DNA of 64,000 nucleotides from a virus: positions 16,129 to 80,128 of the IMG/VR virus record IMGVR_UViG_3300045988_064633. The stretch is one strand, 5' to 3'. This document shows, one piece after another, positions 43,067-51,708 of the stretch (position 1 is the first letter of the stretch; each line of letters opens with the position of its first letter). The notes under the pieces are model-generated. The model made no database searches. It was given only the letters and a program-made list of their open reading frames with translations, and was not told the DNA's origin. The position numbers and the translations under genes were made by a program.

Positions 43067-43083
43067 TTAGTAAATGTTATACT
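43055..43083 (+). promoter_or_regulatory. Rightward repressor promoter TTGACA-17-TATACT
   Basis: ttgaca 43055-43060, 17-nt spacer, tatact 43078-43083. Confidence 0.65.
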
Positions 43084-43116
43084 TTAGTCATACCTTAAGG
43101 AAAGGAGGTGTGCAAA

Positions 43117-43470
43117 ATGGAAGAACGTTTGAAAATATTGCGTAAACATTTGGGACTTTCAAGAGAAGACTTCGCCAAAAAGCTCGGTTTGAAAAGCCGT
43201 GGAAAAATTGAAAATATAGAACTTGGAAGAACAACTCCAGATGACGACTTCTTAAAGCTAATTTGTAATACTTATAATGTTTCTTATGGTTGGCTCGTGA
43301 ATGGAAACGGCGAAATGTTCCAAGACGATGGCGATGCGCAGGCTATCGTTGATTCGGTAATGACCGGGGATAATGAATTTGCTAAGAAGATTCTTGTAAA
43401 GTTCGCAAAGCTCAGCGATGAACATTGGAAGCAACTCCAAGAAATCCTAACAGAATTGGAAAACAATTAA
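43117..43470 (+). CDS. CI-like XRE-family repressor
   Basis: LKILRKHLGLSREDFAKKLGLKSRGKIENIELGRTTP HTH; divergent from the early operon; GGAAAGGAGGTG RBS. Confidence 0.8.
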   Translation: MEERLKILRKHLGLSREDFAKKLGLKSRGKIENIELGRTTPDDDFLKLICNTYNVSYGWLVNGNGEMFQDDGDAQAIVDSVMTGDNEFAKKILVKFAKLSDEHWKQLQEILTELENN

Positions 43471-43478
43471 AAAAGAAA

Positions 43479-43510
43479 GGCCAGAGAATAAAAAGCTCTG
43501 GTCTTTTCTT
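43479..43510 (+). terminator. Rho-independent terminator
   Basis: GGCCAGAG ... CTCTGGTC stem then TTTTCTT. Confidence 0.65.
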
Positions 43511-43579
43511 ATATTCTGCTTTGTTGTTTTAATTTATAGTGATATAATAAAAGCAACTAATACCAAGGAGGAAATATCT

Positions 43580-44221
43580 ATGAAGAAAAAGCTATTAATT
43601 GCATTTTGTATTTTTGCAGTTTTAGGAGTTTCTACTCCAACTTATGCAGGCGGCGTGACTGGTGTTGAAGTTCAAAAGGATGATTCTGAAAAGTACGGTG
43701 TAATCAGTGATTTTGATTATGATATAGAGGGAAACTCTGTGAAATTGCACGGTTATGATGGCAAGTGCAAAATTTTGGAAATTCTTCCATCATACAATAT
43801 TGACGGAACAGACTACGCAACAGATTTATCAGATTTCCAGATCGGAATTGGAAGTTCTCATGTTGAATCAGTTATTTTTCAAGAAGGAATTACTGAAATA
43901 TATGATGCTGTTTTTAATTCCTGTGATGTTCAAAAAGTATTTTTTCCTAAAAGTATGATAAACGTAACAGATAAAACCTTATCTTACTTAAATCCTAAAG
44001 AAGATGGCGATCTCATCCAGATTTACTATGCAGGCACACAAGACGACTGGGGAAACATTTTTACAGAATATAAAAGAACAAAAGTTGAAGATGCTGAATT
44101 CGGAGAGGAATTAGGAACATCTATTGCGGACAAAATAAATTCAATGTTAGGCAGCGATTATGACAGTTCCGAATTCGAATATTATTTCTCCGCATCGCCA
44201 GATGATTTAAAAACAGAATAA
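43580..44221 (+). CDS. Secreted leucine-rich-repeat (BspA-type) protein
   Basis: Signal peptide MKKKLLIAFCIFAVLGVSTPTYAGG; repeats like ESVIFQEGITEIYDAVFNSCDVQKVFFPKSM. Confidence 0.6.
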   Translation: MKKKLLIAFCIFAVLGVSTPTYAGGVTGVEVQKDDSEKYGVISDFDYDIEGNSVKLHGYDGKCKILEILPSYNIDGTDYATDLSDFQIGIGSSHVESVIFQEGITEIYDAVFNSCDVQKVFFPKSMINVTDKTLSYLNPKEDGDLIQIYYAGTQDDWGNIFTEYKRTKVEDAEFGEELGTSIADKINSMLGSDYDSSEFEYYFSASPDDLKTE

Positions 44222-44226
44222 TTATT

Positions 44227-44262
44227 ATGCCGCATCTGCTTTAACTGTAGATGCGGCATTTT
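44227..44262. terminator. Bidirectional hairpin terminator
   Basis: 11-bp stem ATGCCGCATCT/AGATGCGGCAT followed by TTTT. Confidence 0.65.
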
Positions 44263-44265
44263 AGG

Positions 44266-44373
44266 CTACTTTTCTCTTAAATATAAGTATACCAGCAACT
44301 TGTACACTCTTTTTAAAGTACTTTCTAATTTTACCTTATCTAATAATTCAATAATCTCTTTCTTATAATCCAT
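44266..44373 (-). CDS. 35-aa peptide
   Basis: MDYKKEIIELLDKVKLESTLKRVYKLLVYLYLREK after CAGGGAGGG. Confidence 0.35.
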   Translation of the reverse strand: MDYKKEIIELLDKVKLESTLKRVYKLLVYLYLREK

Positions 44374-44464
44374 AAATAACCCTCCCTGTTTGAAAACTAC
44401 CGCCTACATTAAAGCATATTCCCGGTCAGTGGGAAATATGTTCCGAACTTATGTTTGCATTATG

Positions 44465-44794
44465 TTATATAGTGCGTCCAATTAAACGGGATCCATTCAA
44501 ATTTCCCCTTGCCAGTTGCCAGCGATAAACTGGAATATTTGTGATTTCAAATATGACCTTTACTTTCGCGAATATAAAGTTCGTTTTTACCGGATTTTCT
44601 GTGTTTTCTACAATATCGTTCGTTCTTAGAACCTCTTTTATGCTTTGGTTTAAGGTTGAATGCTTGCACATATGCTCTGCCAAGCGGATGGAGCTTTTAC
44701 GCAAATAATCTTGATTGCACATCGGCAAGTGAATGATGTAGCTTGCAAAGAAGATTACTCCTACTGCGATCAGCAATCTCTCAATCTTCCTCAT
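44465..44794 (-). CDS. Membrane-anchored hypothetical protein
   Basis: N-terminal TM LLIAVGVIFFASYIIHL. Confidence 0.45.
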   Translation of the reverse strand: MRKIERLLIAVGVIFFASYIIHLPMCNQDYLRKSSIRLAEHMCKHSTLNQSIKEVLRTNDIVENTENPVKTNFIFAKVKVIFEITNIPVYRWQLARGNLNGSRLIGRTI

Positions 44795-44982
44795 AATATA
44801 TACCTCTTTAGTCTATAATTTATGTACTTAGTTATACCACTTTTTGTGCAAATTAATCGGGCAAAACGATAAAACTGCATTTTTAATGGATAAAAATATG
44901 AAAAATATTTCGGTTTTGACTATGATATTGTTGAATCTTGAGGTATAATATATGCAAATTTTACCAAGGAGGAAATATTTTT

Positions 44983-45810
44983 ATGAGAAAGAAAGTAAAG
45001 TTTCTAGCTAGTATTGGGCTTTCAAGCATTTTGCTTGCATCCATGCCATCCAATGTTTTTGCGGAAGATTTTGTGCTATACGAAGAGAACGGCATTCATG
45101 TTGAAACAAAAGGATTAACCGATTCCCCGTCCACAGGCACTATAGGACTGTATATCGAAAACAATTCTAATTTGAATTTAGGCATAGCTCCTTATGCTTA
45201 TGCCATAAACGGTATTATGGCAGGCGGCGATCAGTATGGCATAAACTCCTCTGATGTAGCACCCGGAAAGAAAGCGAATTCTACTTTGGAGCTGATAGAT
45301 ACATGGGAAAATAAAGATTTCTTCAAAGACTACCAGATGAACGAAGTAGATAGCTTTGACGTTCTCTTGTGGGCTTACGACAATGCAAAGAGCTTCAAGG
45401 CTTTTGACAGCGGTCAGATTCACGCTGACGTAACTGGAACTACTGTGGTTTCTTCTCCTGTATTTGACGGTGCACAGAACTTGTATAACCAGAACGGCAT
45501 TAGTGTCGATTTCATTTCCTCAGAGGGTAACAGCTTCACATTTTGTATCACAAACACTACTGGACAGTATTTCGCATACGATGTAACTTCTGAGACTTAT
45601 AACGATTTTACAATGTCAGATAGTTATGAAATATTCAATCAGTATTTATTAGATGGTTGCAAAACTCTTGTGACCCTAACTCCTACAGATGATTTTCTTA
45701 CAGCAAACGGAATTTCCGATGTGTCAAACGTAGATTTCGCATTAACGATTCGTCCATTAGCAGAATATGATAACGAATATACTACGGACTTAATTTCATA
45801 TCAAAAATAA
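44983..45810 (+). CDS. Secreted hypothetical protein
   Basis: AAGGAGGAAA RBS, signal peptide MRKKVKFLASIGLSSILLASMPSNVFAED. Confidence 0.6.
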   Translation: MRKKVKFLASIGLSSILLASMPSNVFAEDFVLYEENGIHVETKGLTDSPSTGTIGLYIENNSNLNLGIAPYAYAINGIMAGGDQYGINSSDVAPGKKANSTLELIDTWENKDFFKDYQMNEVDSFDVLLWAYDNAKSFKAFDSGQIHADVTGTTVVSSPVFDGAQNLYNQNGISVDFISSEGNSFTFCITNTTGQYFAYDVTSETYNDFTMSDSYEIFNQYLLDGCKTLVTLTPTDDFLTANGISDVSNVDFALTIRPLAEYDNEYTTDLISYQK

Positions 45811-45826
45811 TTCATTGTAAAGCAAC

Positions 45827-45858
45827 GAGCCGAGGATTTTACTCCCCGGCTCTTTTTA
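45827..45858 (+). terminator. Rho-independent terminator
   Basis: GAGCCGAGG ... CCCCGGCTC then TTTTT. Confidence 0.65.
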
Positions 45859-46066
45859 TGGCAAAACCTGCATTCACGATCACATCTCCTCCCCAGAGTA
45901 ATCTGGCAGGCTGTACCAACGTATTAAGATGTCGATTTTTTTCGAACTTCTGCTGAACTATTTACACATTTCCGTTTCAGTGCTACTATATTACCATAAT
46001 TAATTGATTAGATGAGGATAATCTGATGAAAGTTGAAGCGTAGGCGATAAACGGAAGGTGATTACT

Positions 46067-46765
46067 ATGAAAATTGCTATTTGTGACGATTGTGAACTAC
46101 AGGTTGAGTATTTTAAGCATCGGATTGAACCGTTTTTGAAGCAAAACGGTGACCGGAATTATACGATAGACGGTTATTTCAGTGGGGAACCCTTGATAGA
46201 TGATGTTAAGGACGGAAAATGGTTTGATATGATTGTCTTGGATGTAATACTTAAAAACGAAAATGGCGTGGATATTGCCAAAGAACTCCGAGAGTGTGGA
46301 TATAAGGGCAAAATTGCTTTCTGGACAGCTCACAAGGATTTTGTTTTTGATGCGTTGGATGTTGAATTTACGCATTATATCATCAAGGGAAATGAACACG
46401 GAAGAATGTTTTCTATGATTGACAATACCTTGAGTGATATGAAACACAAGATGCTCACAATCAGACACAGAGATTGCATTATAAGGATTCCATTGAACAA
46501 AATCGAGTACCTCGAAGCACGGGATAAGCAAGTTTTTGTTCATTGCACGAACGGGATTATGCACAGTATGTATGCAACTTTAAAGTCGGTTGAGCCTTAC
46601 CTTGATAAACGGTTTTTGCGTTGCCATAAGTCATTTGTTGTAAACATGGATTATGTGCAAAAGCTGGATTCTGATTTTACGATGTTTTCTGGTGATAAAG
46701 TACTGATTCGTAAGAACGGATATGCGGATATTAAAAATCAATATTGGGAATATATTATTAAATAA
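46067..46765 (+). CDS. LytR/AlgR-family response regulator (receiver plus LytTR DNA-binding domain), no kinase nearby
   Basis: Receiver MKIAICDDC...DMIVLDV...; LytTR part IPLNKIEYLEARDKQVFVHCTNG...LRCHKSFVVN. Confidence 0.85.
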   Translation: MKIAICDDCELQVEYFKHRIEPFLKQNGDRNYTIDGYFSGEPLIDDVKDGKWFDMIVLDVILKNENGVDIAKELRECGYKGKIAFWTAHKDFVFDALDVEFTHYIIKGNEHGRMFSMIDNTLSDMKHKMLTIRHRDCIIRIPLNKIEYLEARDKQVFVHCTNGIMHSMYATLKSVEPYLDKRFLRCHKSFVVNMDYVQKLDSDFTMFSGDKVLIRKNGYADIKNQYWEYIIK

Positions 46766-46770
46766 AATAA

Positions 46771-46815
46771 AAGAGATGATCTGTCAAGGAATAGAAACAG
46801 ATCATCTCTTTTTTG
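46771..46815. terminator. Strong bidirectional terminator
   Basis: 14-bp stem AAGAGATGATCTGT/ACAGATCATCTCTT plus TTTT. Confidence 0.8.
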
Positions 46816-46875
46816 AGTTCATATCCAAACTCTGGGGAGGAGTTGAATTATGGTATATTTATTATATCACACTTG

Positions 46876-48324
46876 TTACACTTTGCAAATGTATTTTGCA
46901 GAAACAAATCCAAAATACTTTCCGGCAATGCGGATATAGTACCAGTCGGCTTTGTCTTTTGCTTTAATGGTATCACATACATCAACTAAATTACCTTTTG
47001 CAAGTGTAGGATAGCTTTTAAGCTGTGCATTTTCCGTTCCAGCCCATTTGCGAACTTTGAGTTTTGTTGCTGTTACTTTGCCAACCCACTTCGGAGTCTT
47101 GGAAGGTGTGGTTGTTGTAGTTGGTTTGCTTGATGTATTAGTTGATGGTTTTGCGGTAGGCTTACTTCCAGTAGTATTGGTAAGTCCACTAAAATCAATC
47201 CCTTTTCCAGTAAATCTAAGACGATGTGTCCATCCGTGAGAATACAGATACCAGTTCTGCACTCTGATTTCATTACCAGAATTATCTTTTGTATCCGTTG
47301 TTCCCTCAGAACTTCTGGCATGGACAATTCTATTGCTGTCTACTGCCAAGGCTGTATGATGAGTTGAATTAAGTTCAATATCTCCTCTGATCATCTTTGC
47401 ATGTGCAGTCTGGTTTTTGGCTACAATCTCGAATCCTGCATTCTGCATCTTCAGCATGTTGCCTGTATAACTGCAATTCTCTTTAAGATAACGAGCTTGT
47501 TTGATCAGCCCATTTTTCATAAAAGCATAATAGAATGCAGTACATGCCAAACTTGAACAGTCAAAAGATTTCGGCTTGTCAATCTCATACAAACTGCGGA
47601 TTCTCTGGCTATATCCATGTGAATTGTCGTTTGCGATGCGAACTGCAAAATCAACTGCGTCATTCCGGATATTCTGAATAATCTGTTCTTTTGTTTTTGC
47701 CATTGTTGTTTCTCCCTTCTGGTCAGTGCCTTTATAATCTTTGTAGAACACATCTCTATCTACATTTCCGTTGATTCCAGGAATCTTGGCCTTGGAGCTG
47801 TACTGCCATCCTACACCAATATCGGGACGCAGACGTTCTTGCAACCATCCATTGTCGTTACCTGGATATCTCGCAATCCAGAACTCATACTTCTTTAAGT
47901 GGCTACAAATCACATTCATGTACCAGTCAAGATTGCAATAGATCGCAAATTTGTAACCAGCAGCAACAATGATCTCCCGGAACGCCTCTGCCAGATTATG
48001 AATGCTCTCTGCTCCAAGTACTCTCTGTTTATGGTGTTCCAAATCCAGGAATACTGGAAACTGAATCTTTCTTCCGTTCAATACAGATACAACCTTTCTG
48101 GCTTCGCTCTGGGCTTCAGATACTGTCAAAGCATAGGAATACTTGTATACTCCTACTGGAATTTTGTGCTTGTTGCAACCGGCAAAGTTATTCTTAAACT
48201 GAGAATCAATCACGTTTCCAACTTCTGTAATACGCAAGATTGCAAAGTCTATGCCGTAGTTTACTACAGTATCCCAATTAATCTTTCCTTGGTGAGCGGA
48301 TACGTCAATACCTTTAATCTCCAT
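46876..48324 (-). CDS. Endolysin: GH25 muramidase plus Cys-peptidase/amidase-like domain plus SH3b
   Basis: GIDVSAHQGKINW...DLEH (GH25); FDCSSLACTAFYY...THHTALAV (CHAP/NlpC-like); C-terminal KVRKWAGTENAQ...WYYIRIAGKYFGFVSAKYI (SH3). Confidence 0.9.
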   Translation of the reverse strand: MEIKGIDVSAHQGKINWDTVVNYGIDFAILRITEVGNVIDSQFKNNFAGCNKHKIPVGVYKYSYALTVSEAQSEARKVVSVLNGRKIQFPVFLDLEHHKQRVLGAESIHNLAEAFREIIVAAGYKFAIYCNLDWYMNVICSHLKKYEFWIARYPGNDNGWLQERLRPDIGVGWQYSSKAKIPGINGNVDRDVFYKDYKGTDQKGETTMAKTKEQIIQNIRNDAVDFAVRIANDNSHGYSQRIRSLYEIDKPKSFDCSSLACTAFYYAFMKNGLIKQARYLKENCSYTGNMLKMQNAGFEIVAKNQTAHAKMIRGDIELNSTHHTALAVDSNRIVHARSSEGTTDTKDNSGNEIRVQNWYLYSHGWTHRLRFTGKGIDFSGLTNTTGSKPTAKPSTNTSSKPTTTTTPSKTPKWVGKVTATKLKVRKWAGTENAQLKSYPTLAKGNLVDVCDTIKAKDKADWYYIRIAGKYFGFVSAKYICKV

Positions 48325-48335
48325 ATTTTCTCCTT

Positions 48336-48576
48336 TCACACCACATATCTGTGGTGACTATATCTCAATGATTCTTGCGATACCTTCGCATAAATCATAG
48401 TCGTGTCTAATTTTTCATGTCCTAACATCTTTTGCAATTCCGTAACATCCATACCACGATCAAGAGACATTGTGGCTGTGGTATGCCGGATAAGATGAGG
48501 ATACAGCTGTCTTACAAGATTTGCTCTCTCGCTTATCTGGTTCACAATCTGCTCGATCTGAGCCTTTTTTATTCCT
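48336..48576 (-). pseudogene. C-terminal remnant of a tyrosine recombinase
   Basis: Encodes ...YPHLIRHTTATMSL...MLGHEKLDTTMIYAKV (HxxR and H...Y boxes) with no N-terminal two-thirds. Upstream frames hold stop-riddled integrase-like pieces (LWHANGNRIRQVIAL). Confidence 0.7.
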
Positions 48577-48639
48577 CATTCCATCTAAAGTGCTATTACT
48601 TGCCTTATTCTGTTGCCGTTGGCATGCCATAAACAGTCA

Positions 48640-48866
48640 CAACAAACTTGGCGGCGCATATTGCATATACAATAATGATATAGTATTTGCTCATTTAACT
48701 TTAGCAATTCCTGATGGCCTTGCTAATGGTACTCTACTAGCCACATTTCCAAATGGAGTAAATTTAAAGACTTTGTTATGAATAGGTGCAAATAGTGTTA
48801 CAGGCGCAGTTAGCACCATCAATGCTATTAATAACTATATAAAAGACGGATTTATTAGCATTAATT
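48640..48866 (+). pseudogene. Inverted fragment resembling a fibre/receptor-binding C-terminal domain
   Basis: Plus frame GGAYCIYNNDIVFAHLTLAIPDGLANGTLLATFPNGVNLKTLL*IGANSVTGAVSTINAINNYIKDGFISIN has one in-frame TGA. Its pattern resembles the C-terminal half of 51201..51707. It ends tail-to-tail with 48861..49331. Confidence 0.3.
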
Positions 48867-49331
48867 AAAGAAATATGATTGTATATATGCAACAGTTAAT
48901 GATAAATTAACCTTTCCTTTGCTATTCCATACATTATGAATAAATACTTGTATTCCGTCCGTTGCTCCTGTAGTGTTATATATAAGCATTCCAGAATAAT
49001 TTGAACCTCCGTTAGAAGAATTATTAAAACTATGAGCTAAAACAACCCTATTATAACCACTTTTAGGTTTGAATTTAGTAAATGTTATCATTACAGATCC
49101 TGACGCAGGAACATCTATGTCTTTAATTGTATCAGATGATATTTGCATTAAATTACTTATATTCGTGTTTAATGTATTAATGCCTAGCTTGTCTTTCAGG
49201 TATGTAAATAATTGTGAGAACGATATTTTTTTTAATACATTCCCTTCTCCAACTATCAATGTGTCACTTTCTGCCGGCGTTGCTTTCGAAGCCAGTGCCG
49301 ACATTAATATTGTTTTTAATGATTCTGCCAT
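48861..49331 (-). CDS. Putative tail fibre tip / receptor-binding protein
   Basis: N-terminus KATPAESDTLIVGEGNVLKKISFSQLFTYLKDKL parallels that of 51201..51707. Confidence 0.5.
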   Translation of the reverse strand: MAESLKTILMSALASKATPAESDTLIVGEGNVLKKISFSQLFTYLKDKLGINTLNTNISNLMQISSDTIKDIDVPASGSVMITFTKFKPKSGYNRVVLAHSFNNSSNGGSNYSGMLIYNTTGATDGIQVFIHNVWNSKGKVNLSLTVAYIQSYFFN

Positions 49332-49341
49332 ATAATCACCT

Positions 49342-49524
49342 CTATTCTTTCACTCTCAGCATCGAACCATCAGAAGTGGCAAGTGCTGAGCCATCACTTG
49401 TGCCTAATACATACTGGACATTCCGAACATCAACAGCAATCGCATATTTCGCCCCTGTCTGAACTGATGTAGGGCTTATGCTTGCACCGGCTATATAAAT
49501 GTTTGCATCTGCCATGCATATCAC
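49342..49524 (-). CDS. Hypothetical tail-module protein
   Basis: 60-aa ORF. Confidence 0.4.
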   Translation of the reverse strand: MICMADANIYIAGASISPTSVQTGAKYAIAVDVRNVQYVLGTSDGSALATSDGSMLRVKE

Positions 49525-49832
49525 CCTTTCACTTTGATTTTATAATTATCTACCCACGTTTCATCTGCAATTTTATATATAAATCTCAGACAATAGATTC
49601 CTGTTTTTTGTGGCTCAATTAACGCATCTAGCGTATGCTCGTTGATATTGCAGTTTCCTTGATCTTCTACAGTCTCTGTTTCAGCATCTGTATCAACGAA
49701 AATCAATTCGTAATCCGCTGAAATGATGGAAAAAGGGATGTCTACACCGCATACCGGCTCTACTTTACTTTTAAATCGGATTTTTTCTCCCAAATCCATT
49801 ATTGTATTGCTATCTACGTATCTAATTGCCAT
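49521..49832 (-). CDS. Hypothetical tail-module protein
   Basis: Start trimmed to Met after AAAGGAGAG. Confidence 0.45.
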   Translation of the reverse strand: MAIRYVDSNTIMDLGEKIRFKSKVEPVCGVDIPFSIISADYELIFVDTDAETETVEDQGNCNINEHTLDALIEPQKTGIYCLRFIYKIADETWVDNYKIKVKG

Positions 49833-49845
49833 GTCCTCTCTCCTT

Positions 49846-50178
49846 TCAGCATATTTTATGTCCACTGAAACATTGCTTTACAAGCTCTGCCGTCAGCTGA
49901 CTCAGATTCAGCAATGAGCTGTACTCGATGTTCTCTGATTCTGCCGTATATCCTCTCGGAACGAGCTTTCCAGCAATCTCGTGCCCTGATATCAGAAACA
50001 GTACAGTGGCGGTATAAGCTGTCAAGCCACCACTACTTTCTGCATAGATTTCTATGACATACTGTCCATCTCTATTGGCAGGGACTATTGCGTCCCAGAT
50101 TTCGAGATCCGATCCCTCTCGTCTCTGGAACTCAATAGCGAACTCATTACACGAGCCGTAAACCCTCGTAATCATCAT
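49846..50178 (-). CDS. Hypothetical tail-module protein
   Basis: 110-aa ORF. Confidence 0.5.
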   Translation of the reverse strand: MMITRVYGSCNEFAIEFQRREGSDLEIWDAIVPANRDGQYVIEIYAESSGGLTAYTATVLFLISGHEIAGKLVPRGYTAESENIEYSSLLNLSQLTAELVKQCFSGHKIC

Positions 50179-51071
50179 TCATCAGTTACTGTGACAGAGA
50201 TCACATAAGTTTTGCCTGCATCGACCGGATTAGGCGTTACACTTGCAGCTGTGATCTTCGGCGGGTTCGGGTCATACTTGACAGTTCTGGTAATGGTTGT
50301 TGTCTTACCGGCACTGTCTTTCGCAACGATATTAATTGTATTTGTTCCTGCGGACAATGTGACCGTAGTGCTGAATGCTCCGTTGCTACCAACCGTTACA
50401 GATGCACCGTTGACCGTTACCGTAACAGGAGATGAGGTTGCATCATTGGTTGTACCTGCTACAGTAATTGTGCTCTTGTTGGTAACGTATCCATCAGACG
50501 GAGAGGCTACGCTCAACGTCGGCGGTACGGTATCGATCTTGAATGTTACAGATTTCTGCGTAGCTGCGTTGCCATCGTAATCGGATGCATCAAACCTAAT
50601 GGTATGAGAACCATCGGTAAGAGCTGTTGCCGGTATGTACGAACAATTGTAACCACCGGTTACGGCGGTCTTTGTAATGCCGTCAGTAATCTTGCTTCCG
50701 GAATCGATTGTGATACCGATAGTAGACGGATTAACACCAGAATCATCATCTGTAACAGTCCATGTGATAGTTGGCTTGTTGTTGACAAGTGTTGCAGATG
50801 CTGTTGGATTTGTGACTGTAATTACCGGAGCGACCTTTTCTTTAACGGTTAATCGCAGGGAACTACCGATTGCGGAATCTGTTGCATCTTTGGTGGTCAC
50901 GTTTCCAGCATCGTCCGTTGCCTTGATTGTTATTCCGTAATAATGTCCGCTCTGGCTGTAACTGGACTTATTTGGAGCTGTTACTGTAGCTTCATATTTT
51001 CCCGTATTACTGTTAAAAGTAAGGGTGTAAGCTTGTCCATTTACAATAGCTTGTACTTGCTTTACTGACAT
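50175..51071 (-). CDS. Ig-like-domain repeat protein (tail or fibre decoration)
   Basis: Repeated T/V/S-rich beta modules, e.g. PVITVTNPTASATL...TWTVTDDDSG, PPTLSVASPSDGYV... Confidence 0.65.
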   Translation of the reverse strand: MSVKQVQAIVNGQAYTLTFNSNTGKYEATVTAPNKSSYSQSGHYYGITIKATDDAGNVTTKDATDSAIGSSLRLTVKEKVAPVITVTNPTASATLVNNKPTITWTVTDDDSGVNPSTIGITIDSGSKITDGITKTAVTGGYNCSYIPATALTDGSHTIRFDASDYDGNAATQKSVTFKIDTVPPTLSVASPSDGYVTNKSTITVAGTTNDATSSPVTVTVNGASVTVGSNGAFSTTVTLSAGTNTINIVAKDSAGKTTTITRTVKYDPNPPKITAASVTPNPVDAGKTYVISVTVTDE

Positions 51072-51200
51072 TTATGTACCTCCATTTCATAATTCATTCT
51101 ATATAGTAATGTGCAATGTAAAAGAGATTTATTTTTGGAAACTCTATGAATCGTTATTGTGCGTGAAGATGAATTAATATTTGAGATTCTAAAGGAGTTA

Positions 51201-51707
51201 CTATTTTATTGGAATAATCACGTACCCATATAAATACGGATATGGACAGTACAGAGTGACTTTTCTCTCCACATCGATTTTAAGGCTGCCTATGTTATTG
51301 TTTGCAACCAAAACACCTACATATGCTCCAATAGAGGACTCCAATGTGTACTCGCTGGGCAATTGAGCAATGTCTTGTTGTTTAACTTCAGATGATTTAT
51401 CGTTTCCGTTGAATTTGCAGTATAATAGTTTGCCAATAGAAAAGACAGCCAGAGTGCCATATTCTTCGCAGTGAATGTATTTGATATTGTCTTTTTTTAC
51501 ATTACTATTTAATTGATTAAGAGCAGCCGGTAAAGTCATCGTTCCGGCATCAAGACCGAATGTCTTCGATGTCAATTTATTGAGTACCGCATCAGCAAGC
51601 TTATCGTAATCAATCAGCTTGTTTGCCGCATCCTCCGCACTGTAAAGCATAAATTTATCTGCATCTTTTGGTGTTGTTTTTGCCGGATATTCATTAAATT
51701 TTGCCAT
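51201..51707 (-). CDS. Putative tail fibre / receptor-binding protein
   Basis: N-terminus KTTPKDADKFMLYSAEDAANKLIDYDKLADAVLNKL; follows the large tail protein. Confidence 0.5.
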   Translation of the reverse strand: MAKFNEYPAKTTPKDADKFMLYSAEDAANKLIDYDKLADAVLNKLTSKTFGLDAGTMTLPAALNQLNSNVKKDNIKYIHCEEYGTLAVFSIGKLLYCKFNGNDKSSEVKQQDIAQLPSEYTLESSIGAYVGVLVANNNIGSLKIDVERKVTLYCPYPYLYGYVIIPIK

Positions 51708-51708
51708 A

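Noticed and set aside
48577-48860. Small minus-strand ORFs between the fibre gene and the recombinase remnant (MVLTAPVTLFAPIHNKV..., 42 aa, then MSKYYIIIVYAICAAKFVVTVYGMPTATE, 29 aa, with ATGA overlap) as possible holins.
   Set aside because: Neither start has an RBS. The second overlaps degraded integrase-like frames, and the opposite strand reads as a fibre-like domain. They remain a weak alternative only.
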